Part shown: one piece after another, positions 38,701 through 47,319 of the stretch
Layout of the letters: each line of letters opens with the position of its first letter
How positions within the stretch are numbered: position 1 is the stretch's first letter
Notes under the pieces: model-generated
What the model was told of the DNA's origin: nothing
Database searches by the model: none
Seen by the model: only the letters and a program-made list of their open reading frames with translations
Source of the DNA: Bacteroidota bacterium
GTDB taxonomy: Bacteria > Bacteroidota > Ignavibacteria > Kapaibacteriales > NICIL-2
Assembly (NCBI GenBank): GCA_019695345.1
Contig: JAIBAE010000021.1
Span: forward strand, 1 to 57,335
Length of the DNA: 57,335 bases
Direction: 5' to 3'
Program-made: the position numbers and the translations under genes

Positions 38701-41061
38701 CTTCATAATACAAATCAATCCAAAATTGTGGCATATCCACTCATGAGAGCAAACTATGCAGGTTGCACCCTTGATGCTACCGATAGCGTTGTATATTACA
38801 TGACGTATGCACGTACAGATTTTCTAACTGACAATCAGGAAGTATATTTCCGTCGTTCATTACCAAGTAAACAAAGTGATAATCACACGATGGGTTTACA
38901 ATGGGAAGATGAGATATGTTTGAGTTGTAATGGTATTCTGAAGTTAGATAACCGACTTCAAATGTTACATTGTGGAGTGCCAACTATTGTAGTAAGAGTA
39001 GATACCGCAGATAGAGATTATAGTCAAATGTTATGTGCCAATGGAATACCACAGCTAAAGACCTATGTTGTGTATGGTTGTGCAGACAACATAGATTCTA
39101 CCAAATTCAGAGTAGTTGAAAACGTATTTTTAGCACAAGGAACTATAAATGTTGGTAATGCCTTGGAAATTGATAGTTCAAATGGGATTCGTAAAGATGC
39201 CTATGGAATAAACACAACTGATCAAGAATTTATCTGGACATGGACCTCACCTGCCGTAAACGCCTCATCAAGTGGTAACTACTATGCGTATTCGGATTCC
39301 TTATTAGGAATTGTGACACGTTGGAAACCTGCGGATGCTTTGTTATTTGATGCTAACCAATCAGATAAAAATTCTGTACGTTTTTCAACTACAAGTATCA
39401 CACAATGTTTACATCCATCCTTGAACACCTATTCAAGAATTAGTCAATGGGAAAATGAATGTGCGCTTGTGTGGGAAGAACATGGAAGACCGGAAGCACC
39501 AAGTAATATTATTCCATACACAAGGATTAAGTTAAATCCAATTACTAACCCGCCACAAACAATGCATTTTCTTTCAAAGAATTTAACAAACTTCACGCCG
39601 TTCAGGTCACAGTGTAATATTGATAGCAGTGTTGTTCTGCTAAGTCTTGATACCATTGATGATAAAGAGTTCCCAATGGTGTATCGTGGAGTTGAGAACT
39701 ATCATACAGTAAATCCAACTCCGTTAGTAACAAGACATTGGGATAAAATTATATGGCAAAATTGGAGATATGATACTATATATCATTCGGAACTATATTT
39801 ACGGGGAGTAAATTCTCAGGATTCATGCGCTACTACCGACGCGGGGTGGAATGTATGGTGGTTAAATAAAATTTGGTCAGAGAATGTGTTTCTAGTTAAT
39901 CCCAACATTACACAAGGCGGAGGTGTAAGAATAGATCCAAATGATAACGCAACGAATATAAGTGATAGTTCAATAGTTGTGAATTTTTCGTATGATCCAC
40001 CTCATGATACCAGAATCATGCAAGCACAATTTGGATATTGGTCTGTCACACCAAACTTTAACTTGTTATCAATAGAGAATTTGAATAATAATTTGAACTA
40101 CGTGCCGTATGTTCAAGATATTACCGATGGGGCATATCCGCATGTATCGGCTCAACCGTGGGTAACAAATTCATCATCATGGAACATCAATCGTAGGATA
40201 TATTCACCAGATTGGGAGAGTGCTACAATAGTTAGTTCGGCACAATACTTTTATAAAAAATTCAACTCTGAAAACTCAAAACCTTTACATTACACCGGAT
40301 ATTACTTTGAAGGAGACAGCAATAGAATGGTAAAAACACTGTTCTCTAATATGAAAGTTGCCAATAAAGATGTATTGTTTGCTCCACAACGTACAATCAG
40401 TAATACAACAGTACTAGCAAAAACAGATACAATATATAGTACATGGTTTACTGTTGGAAACACAACAATCCTTGATTCATATTTGTTAGGTGTTAATAAT
40501 CCTTGTGTAAAAATAGAGGTAGAAAAAAGACGGGAAAGTAATAATGAACCCGTAGAACGATATACACTACCTTATACGAGTTCACGAAATGACCGTGAAA
40601 AACTCAAACATCGTTACACTTTACTTCGTGGAGGCAACAAGTATTATAGAATAGCATTAGTTAACCTGTGTCCACAACGAATGAAAGTAACGGAAGAAAT
40701 TCAGATTGATGGATTGCGTTCAATTGATGAATTGGGTAAGCAATCAGATGGAGAAGAATATGTTTACAGCGTTGATTTAGGAAAGAGTTTTGTAGCTGAT
40801 GATGTGTTATTTATCAAACCAAATCCGGCAGATCAACTGATAGATATTACGTTTAACGGATTATTAGAGGATATAGAGACATCAAACTTTGACTATAGTT
40901 ATGAGGTTGCAGATAATATTGGAAGGATAAAACAGAAAGGTCTCATACGGGCAGGTGAGTCGATACAAGTAAATACAAGTGGTTTATCTCAAGGTTCATA
41001 TGTAGTTCGTGTAAGAGGTTCGATAAATACATTGAGTAAATCTTTTGTGATAATGAGATAA
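35758..41061 (+). CDS. Giant (1767 aa) secreted protein with a T9SS-like C-terminal domain, function unknown
   Basis: Signal peptide MKNLIILVTIFVTTLSAYA. No recognisable catalytic motifs. The C-terminal ~90 aa (DVLFIKPNPADQLIDITFNG…YVVRVRGSINTLSKSFVIMR) are T9SS CTD-like. A strong intrinsic terminator follows at 41092-41134. Confidence 0.7.
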   Translation: MKNLIILVTIFVTTLSAYAQNNINPQPLGTFTTDNIDWNSTVFNTNINYFVRSWNWARPCKKLDDALYINSYHNISFDNIIETNLDVPDNLPVFQQLYGDPNNYWRGAGLTQSWSTPSLFNTQSMCYHPELTVDTTDSFQPMLNDAQGAVFGWLTKQLGARGTGTDQWRWVLQANQVSGTRVKVLSNAWKPDAFTFLDWLINQGDLADTWATGMNDLQTGSILDTGFYHPRNGKRMYCTINLRATNTSQIAQHLDDPVLAIRLPYVLYDSASGNSTNGVIVFDSLPNANATLTQIVGRNANDTRGMYRPQQLSRDTIIIITGRMLQNANTDNSVTLSGFFFADGLTHQGVYDNNPRFKDERGDIQASLQSIIKLDVEAYYYGNVDVAIDYIRIETQQARKIYFGSIDNPARDSLQETIIRFILNSKHPRLARIYGVEERRQSWWGVNRYFNKLMNDNATTELGIHENSPYSHYMHATGYKELWNAYTLLFNAGVAAPYLRYAHHDSVGTGNNMHNVFSARTFGFMAGYSGNDWLTNLPPSNWDTLKSHYETIINSSTQPGLTGFANNSYAPYQKFNSGSATHYTLGVQFEIEQQLYQRYYKQNAFLFGSTKWWANIWASSWGWRLDNSINTAKLNANEVRPKTGEELQYILWNTILMGAKGIQYYADISLPNEGTGFGALVGYIVRDPLGYANNNYPTGNALLYSDVAGTDWMDLNDIQSNNWSNIVHIQNNWLNLMGTDQNHIYVGMKTPRVVTSKINKWISDNEQELLALKLQAWYGKGFVKMYTQHSQYQVNDTLLGHYVNLSGLKSRPINRVHQDGTPYYENESLQNGDSTFADVMLHKHSSFSLDSVFYLGVQSRRTDPLFRESSYNNGEMTFIPTADWDNLMQNGGTYWRDNNSQTTAWWQDKYWKRQGCREITIPFNYSTLPSEPRLLHVQEVGGGIDTIIRTTGKLAIRFTPGEGKLLRVTIQRARLDVAEGELHNTNQSKIVAYPLMRANYAGCTLDATDSVVYYMTYARTDFLTDNQEVYFRRSLPSKQSDNHTMGLQWEDEICLSCNGILKLDNRLQMLHCGVPTIVVRVDTADRDYSQMLCANGIPQLKTYVVYGCADNIDSTKFRVVENVFLAQGTINVGNALEIDSSNGIRKDAYGINTTDQEFIWTWTSPAVNASSSGNYYAYSDSLLGIVTRWKPADALLFDANQSDKNSVRFSTTSITQCLHPSLNTYSRISQWENECALVWEEHGRPEAPSNIIPYTRIKLNPITNPPQTMHFLSKNLTNFTPFRSQCNIDSSVVLLSLDTIDDKEFPMVYRGVENYHTVNPTPLVTRHWDKIIWQNWRYDTIYHSELYLRGVNSQDSCATTDAGWNVWWLNKIWSENVFLVNPNITQGGGVRIDPNDNATNISDSSIVVNFSYDPPHDTRIMQAQFGYWSVTPNFNLLSIENLNNNLNYVPYVQDITDGAYPHVSAQPWVTNSSSWNINRRIYSPDWESATIVSSAQYFYKKFNSENSKPLHYTGYYFEGDSNRMVKTLFSNMKVANKDVLFAPQRTISNTTVLAKTDTIYSTWFTVGNTTILDSYLLGVNNPCVKIEVEKRRESNNEPVERYTLPYTSSRNDREKLKHRYTLLRGGNKYYRIALVNLCPQRMKVTEEIQIDGLRSIDELGKQSDGEEYVYSVDLGKSFVADDVLFIKPNPADQLIDITFNGLLEDIETSNFDYSYEVADNIGRIKQKGLIRAGESIQVNTSGLSQGSYVVRVRGSINTLSKSFVIMR

Positions 41062-41091
41062 AGTTTGAGATTACTATTAATCTTAAACAAA

Positions 41092-41134
41092 GGGTGACTG
41101 TGAGCAAGGGAGCGCAGTCGCCCTTTTTTATTTT
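41092..41134 (+). terminator. Rho-independent terminator after the giant T9SS gene
   Basis: Stem GGGTGACTG / CAGTCGCCC (9 bp with one G-U pair) followed by TTTTTTATTTT. Confidence 0.8.
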
Positions 41135-41267
41135 CACTTGATAGTTATTAAAGGAGCAAAGCACTTGGATGTTGACGCTGTTGGCGGTGATTCTCTGCAA
41201 ACCACTATTGCAGAATGGATGAATACTCATTTGAATCAGTCACGATAAAGGTTGGAACAGTAGATGA

Positions 41268-41331
41268 ACTTTTCTCTCCCGCATGGCAAGGCACACGGGA
41301 GAGAGCTAAGGTTTGGTGCGGTTTGCGGTAG
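41268..41331. repeat. Partial MITE (right end only)
   Basis: TTCTCTCCCGC…CGGGAGAGAGCTAAGGTTTGGTGCGGTTTGCGGTAGCA matches the M6 right end (TCTCTCCCGCCG…AAGGTTTGGTGCGGTCATGCGATAGCA). Confidence 0.5.
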
Positions 41332-41386
41332 CAAATTCCTATGATGAAATATATGATATAATCACAGGACCTCTTTAAAGTGAGAT

Positions 41387-41414
41387 ACCCCCAGACGTCA
41401 CCACTCGTCTGGGG
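41387..41414. other. Perfect 10-bp stem hairpin CCCCCAGACG-N8-CGTCTGGGGG, 46 nt upstream of a 12-codon ORF with a consensus SD (41460..41498)
   Basis: AAAGGAGGCATTATG then MFNPEHIALLRN*. Function unknown. It lies in the 500-bp gap between the giant gene terminator and the lspA 3' end. Confidence 0.3.
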
Positions 41415-41587
41415 GCACTCCCCTTCTCACCTTTCACCACCACAACGAAAGGAGGCATTATGTTTAACCCAGAGCATATAGCTCTTCTGCGAAATTAAAC
41501 TCTATTTTGTTGTACGCAAATACTTTTTTAAATCTTTGTAAATTTTTTTTTCATATCCGTTAAACCAGCCGTTTTTTGCACGTACTA

Positions 41588-42373
41588 TTACGTAGTTTTT
41601 TCGCTACTGTTTCTGGAAGTGCTATTATTATCAGATGGTTCTGTTTTGGTTACGTTGGTATCGGCAATTTCTGTAGCTGCATCGGTGGCATTTTCTGCTG
41701 CGTCCGGCTGAATGGAATCCTCGTGTGTTTCGGTTTCATCGGTTGATTCTTGCCCGGCAAGAGTATCTTCGGTTGCTATTTCCGGTTCGGGTGGTGTTTG
41801 CGGTAACAGCATTCCGGCTTTGAGTTCCGCGAATGTAGGTATCTTGGTGTTTACTATCATAAGAAGTACGATTCCGCACGATACGCAGGAGTCGGCTATG
41901 TTAAACACCCAAAAGCGAGTCAGGTGCTGACCAAACAAATCCATATCAAAGAACTCGACGTCTATAAAGTCCACAACCTGACCGTAGAACAACGGGGCAG
42001 AACCATACAATACCCCATAGAATACTCTATCTACCAAATTACCAATGGCTCCGGCTAACAGTAACGATACACCAAGTTGAACCCACACGGAAAATTTGCG
42101 GAGCTTGTATAAATACCACGCAAGCCCACCTGCCGCCACTACCGAAAACAAACTCAGAAATATCTTTCCGGCTCCGAACTGAATGCCAAATGCCATTCCG
42201 GGATTTTCTACATAACTGAACTTTAGGAAATCACCGATGACGTTAACACTTTCGCCAAGCATCATGCCTTGGTGGGTTACACCAAATAACGTAAAACCCT
42301 TTACCCACACTTTGGTAATCTGGTCTGCCAGAATAAGAATGATTGATAAGTAAAAAAACTTCTGTTTATTCAT
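41588..42373 (-). CDS. lspA: Lipoprotein signal peptidase (signal peptidase II) with an unusual ~80-aa acidic C-terminal extension
   Basis: Conserved LspA boxes are present: FSYVENPGMAFGIQF, AGAIGNLVDRVFYG, FWVFNIADSCVSCG. The C-terminal tail is rich in T/E/D/A/S (…TEDTLAGQESTDETETHEDSIQPDAAENATDAATEIADTNVTKTEPSDNNSTSRNSSEKTT). Confidence 0.85.
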   Translation of the reverse strand: MNKQKFFYLSIILILADQITKVWVKGFTLFGVTHQGMMLGESVNVIGDFLKFSYVENPGMAFGIQFGAGKIFLSLFSVVAAGGLAWYLYKLRKFSVWVQLGVSLLLAGAIGNLVDRVFYGVLYGSAPLFYGQVVDFIDVEFFDMDLFGQHLTRFWVFNIADSCVSCGIVLLMIVNTKIPTFAELKAGMLLPQTPPEPEIATEDTLAGQESTDETETHEDSIQPDAAENATDAATEIADTNVTKTEPSDNNSTSRNSSEKTT

Positions 42374-42433
42374 ACGTATTAACTGATAGTAGAATGTTCG
42401 ATTTATTGGGACGCGAAGATACGAACATGATTG

Positions 42434-44095
42434 TTATCGGCTTAGCTTGTTTTGGCGTAAGGTTGCTGCAAATTGCCTGAAGTCTTCTAAGCCAAGCGTG
42501 TTTATTACATTGGCTTCGGTTAGCATTCCCTTACGGGCTATGGTTACGCCATACCACACCTCGCTTAATGTTGCGGTTTCGTGGGAATCGGGGTTAATGC
42601 CAATACGCACTCCTTTTTGTACGGCATAGGCATGCCAACGCCAATCCAAATCTAACCGGTATGGGTTCGCGTTTAGTTCTATAACCGTTCCTGTTTCTGC
42701 TGCGGCATCTATAATGCGTTCCATGTCTATTTCGTAGCCATCGCGGGCAAGTAACAAACGTCCGGTTGGGTGACCAAGTATGGTTGTGTACGGGTTACGG
42801 ATAGCCGCAATAATCCGCTCGGTTTGTTGTTCTTTGGGCAGACGGAATGCCGAGTGTACCGATGCCACTATCATATCAAAGCGTTGCAGAATCTCATCGG
42901 GGTAATCTAACGAGCCATCGGGAAGAATATCGCTTTCAATTCCTTTTAGTATAGTAATGCCCAAACCTTCGGCGTTGACTGCATCAATCTCATCGTGTTG
43001 TTGTAATACACGCTCTATGCTTAAGCCGTTTGCATAGACGGCTGTTTTGCTGTGGTCGCAAATGGCAATGTAGGTAAAGCCCAAACGTTTAGCTTCTAAC
43101 GCCATTTCTCGGACGCTGTTCATGCCGTCGCTCCAACGGGTGTGGATATGCAGCATACCGCGCATGGCCGCGGGTTCTATTAAGGCGGGTATTCCTGCTT
43201 GTTGTGCTACGGCCAGTATGCTTACGTCTTCGCGCAGTTCCGGTGTTATGTATTGCACGCCACGTTCGGCAAAAATATCTTGCTCGGTATTCTTTTGTGG
43301 CATTGCCTTAACCGTAGGTAATGCCGTAAACGCAGAAACAAAGTCATCGCTTCCCGTTGTGCGAAACAGTACATCGGCAAAGTCCCATTTGTTGGTACAA
43401 TGCACAATAATGTTCATCCCGTTCAGAACTGTTTCAATAGTATCGCCGTCGCAATCGGCTTCTAATGTTTCGGCAAGGGTGTATGGGTCTTCGCAATCGG
43501 CAACGGCAGTAATGTGGGTAACAATTTCACAGCCGCGCCGCAACTCCCCACTTGCTTCCACGCGCTCAGCACCGGCATCTAACAGTTGTTGTTCTAAAAC
43601 AGCATACACCAACCACGCTTTGTTCATGTGCATTTTGCCTTGTGCATTGTGCCATTGCTCTATGGACTGTAGTATAGATGCCTGAGTTTTTGCGCCAAAC
43701 CCTTTCAGTTCAATCAAACGGTTTTCTTTGCAGGCGTATTCAAGTTCGCCAATGCTGGTAATGTTTAGTTGTTCGTATAGTGCTTTTGCTTTTTTACCGC
43801 CAACACCGCGAAGTTCCGTCAGTTGTAAAACACCCGCCGGGATTTTACTTTTCAGGTCGTTGTATTCGGCAATGGTGCCTGTGTGTACATACTCTTTAAT
43901 TAGCTCTTGCAATCCCTTGCCAATGCCACGAATAGCAGTAAGCGAGCCATCTTCTAATGCGGTGCGCACATCCACGCCCGATTGCTCTAACGCCCGCGTA
44001 CCGTTTTTCAGCGCACTGATACGGAAGTCATTCTCACCAAGAATTTCCATCAGTAGGGCAAGTTGTTCCAGAATTGATATAAGGTTTGTATCCAT
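42434..44095 (-). CDS. polX: DNA polymerase X family protein with C-terminal PHP phosphoesterase domain
   Basis: N-terminal pol-beta-like HhH motifs (IRGIGKGLQELIKEY; LRGVGGKKAKALYEQL). PHP His cluster (GMLHIHTRWSDG … AICDHS … HS). 553 aa. Confidence 0.8.
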   Translation of the reverse strand: MDTNLISILEQLALLMEILGENDFRISALKNGTRALEQSGVDVRTALEDGSLTAIRGIGKGLQELIKEYVHTGTIAEYNDLKSKIPAGVLQLTELRGVGGKKAKALYEQLNITSIGELEYACKENRLIELKGFGAKTQASILQSIEQWHNAQGKMHMNKAWLVYAVLEQQLLDAGAERVEASGELRRGCEIVTHITAVADCEDPYTLAETLEADCDGDTIETVLNGMNIIVHCTNKWDFADVLFRTTGSDDFVSAFTALPTVKAMPQKNTEQDIFAERGVQYITPELREDVSILAVAQQAGIPALIEPAAMRGMLHIHTRWSDGMNSVREMALEAKRLGFTYIAICDHSKTAVYANGLSIERVLQQHDEIDAVNAEGLGITILKGIESDILPDGSLDYPDEILQRFDMIVASVHSAFRLPKEQQTERIIAAIRNPYTTILGHPTGRLLLARDGYEIDMERIIDAAAETGTVIELNANPYRLDLDWRWHAYAVQKGVRIGINPDSHETATLSEVWYGVTIARKGMLTEANVINTLGLEDFRQFAATLRQNKLSR

Positions 44096-44244
44096 AGGTT
44101 CATGTAGTGAATAGTTACAAGCTACAATTTACTATTTCTTTTTCTGCTGACGCATGGCCGCACCAATCAACCAACAATCAACAGCCATCATTCTGCGGAT
44201 GAGAGCCGCAGTGTTCTACCTTGCAGTTATCGTGAATAGTTTAT

Positions 44245-44480
44245 CAATATAACCGTAGGAGCGAATAGATATTCGCCCATGTGTAGATAGATGATGAATG
44301 AACATTACACAAAAACCGGTAAGATTCTTCGCGTTGCTCAGAATGACGAAGCAGCGTTTATACCCTTTGCGCCTCTGCAAACTTTGCCTCTTTGCGAGAG
44401 AGTGATTAACAGCGACGCTGAACGTGCGGTTCGCACCGGGTTGGCGCGCTTAAGGTATGCTTCGGCATAGGCGGGAAGCA
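44245..44480. repeat. Composite repeat: hairpin unit (GGAGCGAATAGATATTCGCCC), GATTCTTCGCGTTGCTCAGAATGAC motif, leader and forward family B element
   Basis: CCCTTTGCGCCTCTGCAAACTTTGCCTCTTTGCGAGAGAGTGATTAACAGCGACGCTGAACGTGCGGTTCGCACCGGGTTGGCGCGCTTAAGGTATGCTTCGGCATAGGCGGGAAGC. About 90% identical to 49010-49170. Confidence 0.65.
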
Positions 44481-44501
44481 TGATTTGTATATGAATTACA
44501 A

Positions 44502-44553
44502 TTTCACTTATTCGGATTTGCCTATCACTTACTAACCGGCAGGTATCACTTAC
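44502..44553 (+). promoter_or_regulatory. Triple direct repeat (TTTCACTTAT / TATCACTTAC / TATCACTTAC) at 21-bp phasing upstream of 44669 gene
   Basis: Repeat starts are at 44502, 44523 and 44544, and each is followed by T-rich TAA/TTCGG. The array lies about 115 bp upstream of the ATG. Confidence 0.5.
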
Positions 44554-44668
44554 TAAACAAATACCGTGTTTGATATTTGCGATTAATAGCTTGCACTATC
44601 GTTCATTTACATTTATTCACCAAACAGGCAATGCGGGGTGCCTGTTGTTTTATAATCAAGGAAATATC

Positions 44669-46264
44669 ATGATGCGATATGTTGTATTCCTACTGTTGTG
44701 TATTACCCTTTCTATTCCCGTGCATGCCCAGTTTGGCGGTATTAAAGTACCAAAAACTTCGGATGTGAAACGAGCTGTTGAGAAGGAACTTAAGGAAGAG
44801 AAAAAAGAAGAACCTAAGGAAGAAAAGTCAACCGAGAAAAAAGAAACTCCGAAAGTCGAAAAAAGTGTTGAGAAGAAAGAATCAACCACGCCATCGGAAA
44901 TGAGCGACGAGCCACCAGCACGCGGCGGTAACTCGCGCGAAAGAACTCGCGGTGGCAGAGGTGCCGAGCCGGAAGTGTTATCGGCCGACCAGCTTACACC
45001 TACTAAAATGGATTTTATTTTGATGGAAGTGTACAAGCGCGAAGTACGTTATATGTACACCGAGGAAAAATTAGCACAGCTTCAGAATTTTGACCGCGCC
45101 GCATACGATGCAAAATATGGCCCATCGGTACCACCTGTTAAAGGCCCGGAAGGCAATCATATTAAAAGTGTTAACAAAGTACTTGAGGATTACGATAATT
45201 GGTTAGAAAGCGAAAAAGTATTAGATGAGTTTGCAAACTACCGTTATAGCGAAGCGCAAAACTCCAACGCACCTGCAGATAAATTAAAAGCGTATAATCA
45301 GGTTGTTACTGCGTGTAAGATTATCCAAAAGATTTCTCCAAACAACAAACAGGTTGGTCCTAAGTTAGAAGAAGTAAAAAAGCTGATTGCCGCAGTAGAA
45401 AAAACTATGGGCGCTGCATTTACCAGCGATTACCACCGCGAGCATTTAAACCAAATGGTGTTTAGCAGTAAACCATTTAAGCCCGGCGAAGAAGCAAAAG
45501 GCGACATCCGTAAAAGCTTTAAGGCAGGCGAAACGGTGTATGCTACCATGTACTTAGGCAGAAAGGTTCGCCAGGCATCGGATTCGTATGCACAGCAACC
45601 AATTGAAATACGAATGGACGGTGGGTTAAATGGTATTGGTAATGTGTGGGTAACAACACCAATGCAGGAAAATACATTCTTACAGATTGCAATTATTCCC
45701 GGCGAAGACTGGCTAAAAGAAAACTACAAACCATACTTGGAAAACAACGAGAAGTTCTACCAAGGGTTTATGGAAAACATGGCTAAAGCACTTCCAATTA
45801 AACACGAGCTAAAAGTGAAGTTCAGCTTCCGTGCATTTAAGGCAGAAAAGTTTGAAGAAGCTTTTACGTACGATATGAGCGACGGTGCAGAAGCAATGCA
45901 GGCATTAAGCAGTAAACTTACAAGCCAAGGGTTAGCAAGTGTAAAGATTCCCGCAGCAGGAATGACCAACGCCGCATTAGAAAAAGAAATGTTGGAAATC
46001 TGCAAAAAGAAATTCTCTAACGATACCTGGTACAAAGCTGTAATTGTAAGCAAAGATTGGACGACACAGAAGAACAATCTAACTGGTGCTATTCTTGGCA
46101 GAGAAGTACTTGCCGCAGTAACCTACAAAAACTTTGGTGGCGAATGTGGTTTTGAATACATAACATTTGAACAAGAATATACCGGAGCCGGAAAGTACAG
46201 CAATACATTGCGCTTCCGTTCATCGGGCGGTGGCTCGCGCATGTCGTGCGATAACGTTAAATAA
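44669..46264 (+). CDS. Hypothetical secreted protein with a Lys/Glu-rich N-terminal region
   Basis: I chose the start at ATG 44669 (MMRYVVFLLLCITLSIPVHA signal peptide); the track's 44570 start reads through upstream repeat DNA. A KEEKKEEPKEEK low-complexity segment is present. No domain recognised. A direct-repeat array lies upstream. Confidence 0.55.
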   Translation: MMRYVVFLLLCITLSIPVHAQFGGIKVPKTSDVKRAVEKELKEEKKEEPKEEKSTEKKETPKVEKSVEKKESTTPSEMSDEPPARGGNSRERTRGGRGAEPEVLSADQLTPTKMDFILMEVYKREVRYMYTEEKLAQLQNFDRAAYDAKYGPSVPPVKGPEGNHIKSVNKVLEDYDNWLESEKVLDEFANYRYSEAQNSNAPADKLKAYNQVVTACKIIQKISPNNKQVGPKLEEVKKLIAAVEKTMGAAFTSDYHREHLNQMVFSSKPFKPGEEAKGDIRKSFKAGETVYATMYLGRKVRQASDSYAQQPIEIRMDGGLNGIGNVWVTTPMQENTFLQIAIIPGEDWLKENYKPYLENNEKFYQGFMENMAKALPIKHELKVKFSFRAFKAEKFEEAFTYDMSDGAEAMQALSSKLTSQGLASVKIPAAGMTNAALEKEMLEICKKKFSNDTWYKAVIVSKDWTTQKNNLTGAILGREVLAAVTYKNFGGECGFEYITFEQEYTGAGKYSNTLRFRSSGGGSRMSCDNVK

Positions 46265-46310
46265 CATTATATAAAGCAAAAGAAGTCGGCTGTATATTAC
46301 ATTACATATC

Positions 46311-46787
46311 ATGTACACTATGAACATACGTATAGTTATAAACCTGTGGATAGGAATTGTTGCGTTTATGCTGTGCAATTCGTGTGATAATACGAACGGA
46401 CTTGTAAATACAGCCGACCCTTTGGCATCTATCTCGTGCGATAGTATGCCCGTTGGAAAAGATAATACAACTTTGCGCATTGTTGCAATTCAGCCCAACC
46501 CAACAGGCGATGTAGATGACTTCCGTGAATCCATTGTGTTGATGAATTTCAATAAAGATATGCGCATCAACATATCAAACTACTACATCAAAAACTCCCG
46601 TGGCGACCGCTACGATTTAACTGCCGGTTTTACTACAACGTGCGAGAAAAAAATACAGATAATTTCCACCTTAGAGTTCCTAAAAAACTCGGGCGACTCG
46701 TTGTTCTTGTGTTACGGCTCCAACGATATTTACCAACGCATTGGCTACACAACCGCCACCGAAGGCGCGTATATATTTATCAAGTAG
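46311..46787 (+). CDS. Lipoprotein with a lamin-tail-domain (LTD)-like fold
   Basis: Lipobox (FMLCNSC). LRIVAIQPNPTGDVDDFRESIVLMNF resembles the LTD signature (…NP.G.D…E.i.L.N…). The 5' end shares a 19-bp stretch (TTATAAACCTGTGGATAGG) with the MITE at 12733-12775. Confidence 0.5.
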   Translation: MYTMNIRIVINLWIGIVAFMLCNSCDNTNGLVNTADPLASISCDSMPVGKDNTTLRIVAIQPNPTGDVDDFRESIVLMNFNKDMRINISNYYIKNSRGDRYDLTAGFTTTCEKKIQIISTLEFLKNSGDSLFLCYGSNDIYQRIGYTTATEGAYIFIK

Positions 46788-46807
46788 AAAATAACATTTA
46801 TGTATTC

Positions 46808-46882
46808 CCACCTCTGCCGAAGCACGCCATACTACGCCGTCACCCGGGCGGAGCCAACCGTTCAGCGTCGCAGTTAATTCTA
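46808..46882. repeat. Family B dispersed repeat (reverse orientation); left inverted boundary of FG-GAP cassette 1
   Basis: Its reverse complement GAATTAACTGCGACGCTGAACGGTTGGCTCCGCCCGGGTGACGGCG…GCTTCGGCAGAGGTGGG matches 49085-49168 at both ends. Confidence 0.65.
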
Positions 46883-46957
46883 ATCAACGCAAGGACTCTA
46901 CACGTGTGCGAGATTCCCACAGAGTTACACATAGTTGTTCACAGAGTACACAAGAAA

Positions 46958-47115
46958 GATGCTTCGCATTACTCAGAATGACAAAAAGAGATAGAACGTG
47001 TATTGTTGTTCAATATAACCGTAGGGGCGAATAGACATTCGCCCATGTAATGATTGGTGAAGATGAACTCACAATAAGGCGATAGATTCTTCGCGTTGCT
47101 CAGAATGACAATAAA
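46958..47115. repeat. Composite ~125 bp repeat, 1.3 units (motif GAT[G/T]CTTCGC…CAGAATGACA + GGGCGAATAGACATTCGCCC hairpin)
   Basis: Same unit as the tandem array at 56741-57026; near-identical to 54656-54832. Confidence 0.65.
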
Positions 47116-47304
47116 GATAATGAAGTATTACGGATATGATGTAAGAATACAGAACATAACCCCATGCTTTAGCGTGGGGAAATCAAACATAACAACATGC
47201 TCTCGGACTTTAGTCCTGAGTGGTTGCAGGGCTAAAGCCCATGCCTGCGTTAGAGGTTTCTTCTCCGCGCTAAAGCGGCGGAGTTATTGAAATACGTTGG
47301 ATTC
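47116..47304. repeat. 190-bp multi-hairpin element, copy 1 (abuts the stop codon of FG-GAP gene F1)
   Basis: Four stem-loops: CCCCATGC-TTTA-GCGTGGGG (47160-47179), CTCGGACT-TTA-GTCCTGAG (47202-47220), GCAGGGC-TAAA-GCCCATGC (47226-47244), CTCCGCGC-TAAA-GCGGCGGAG (47263-47283). Near-identical copies at 54833-55003 and 57027-57214. Confidence 0.7.
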
Positions 47305-47319
47305 TTCGCGTGGGGAAAG

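Noticed and set aside
46326-46370. MITE insertion disrupting the 5' end of the LTD lipoprotein gene
   Set aside because: Only a 19-bp stretch (TTATAAACCTGTGGATAGG) is shared with the MITE interior, and no TIR is present. The reading frame and lipoprotein signal peptide are intact, so this is probably coincidental or an ancient fragment.
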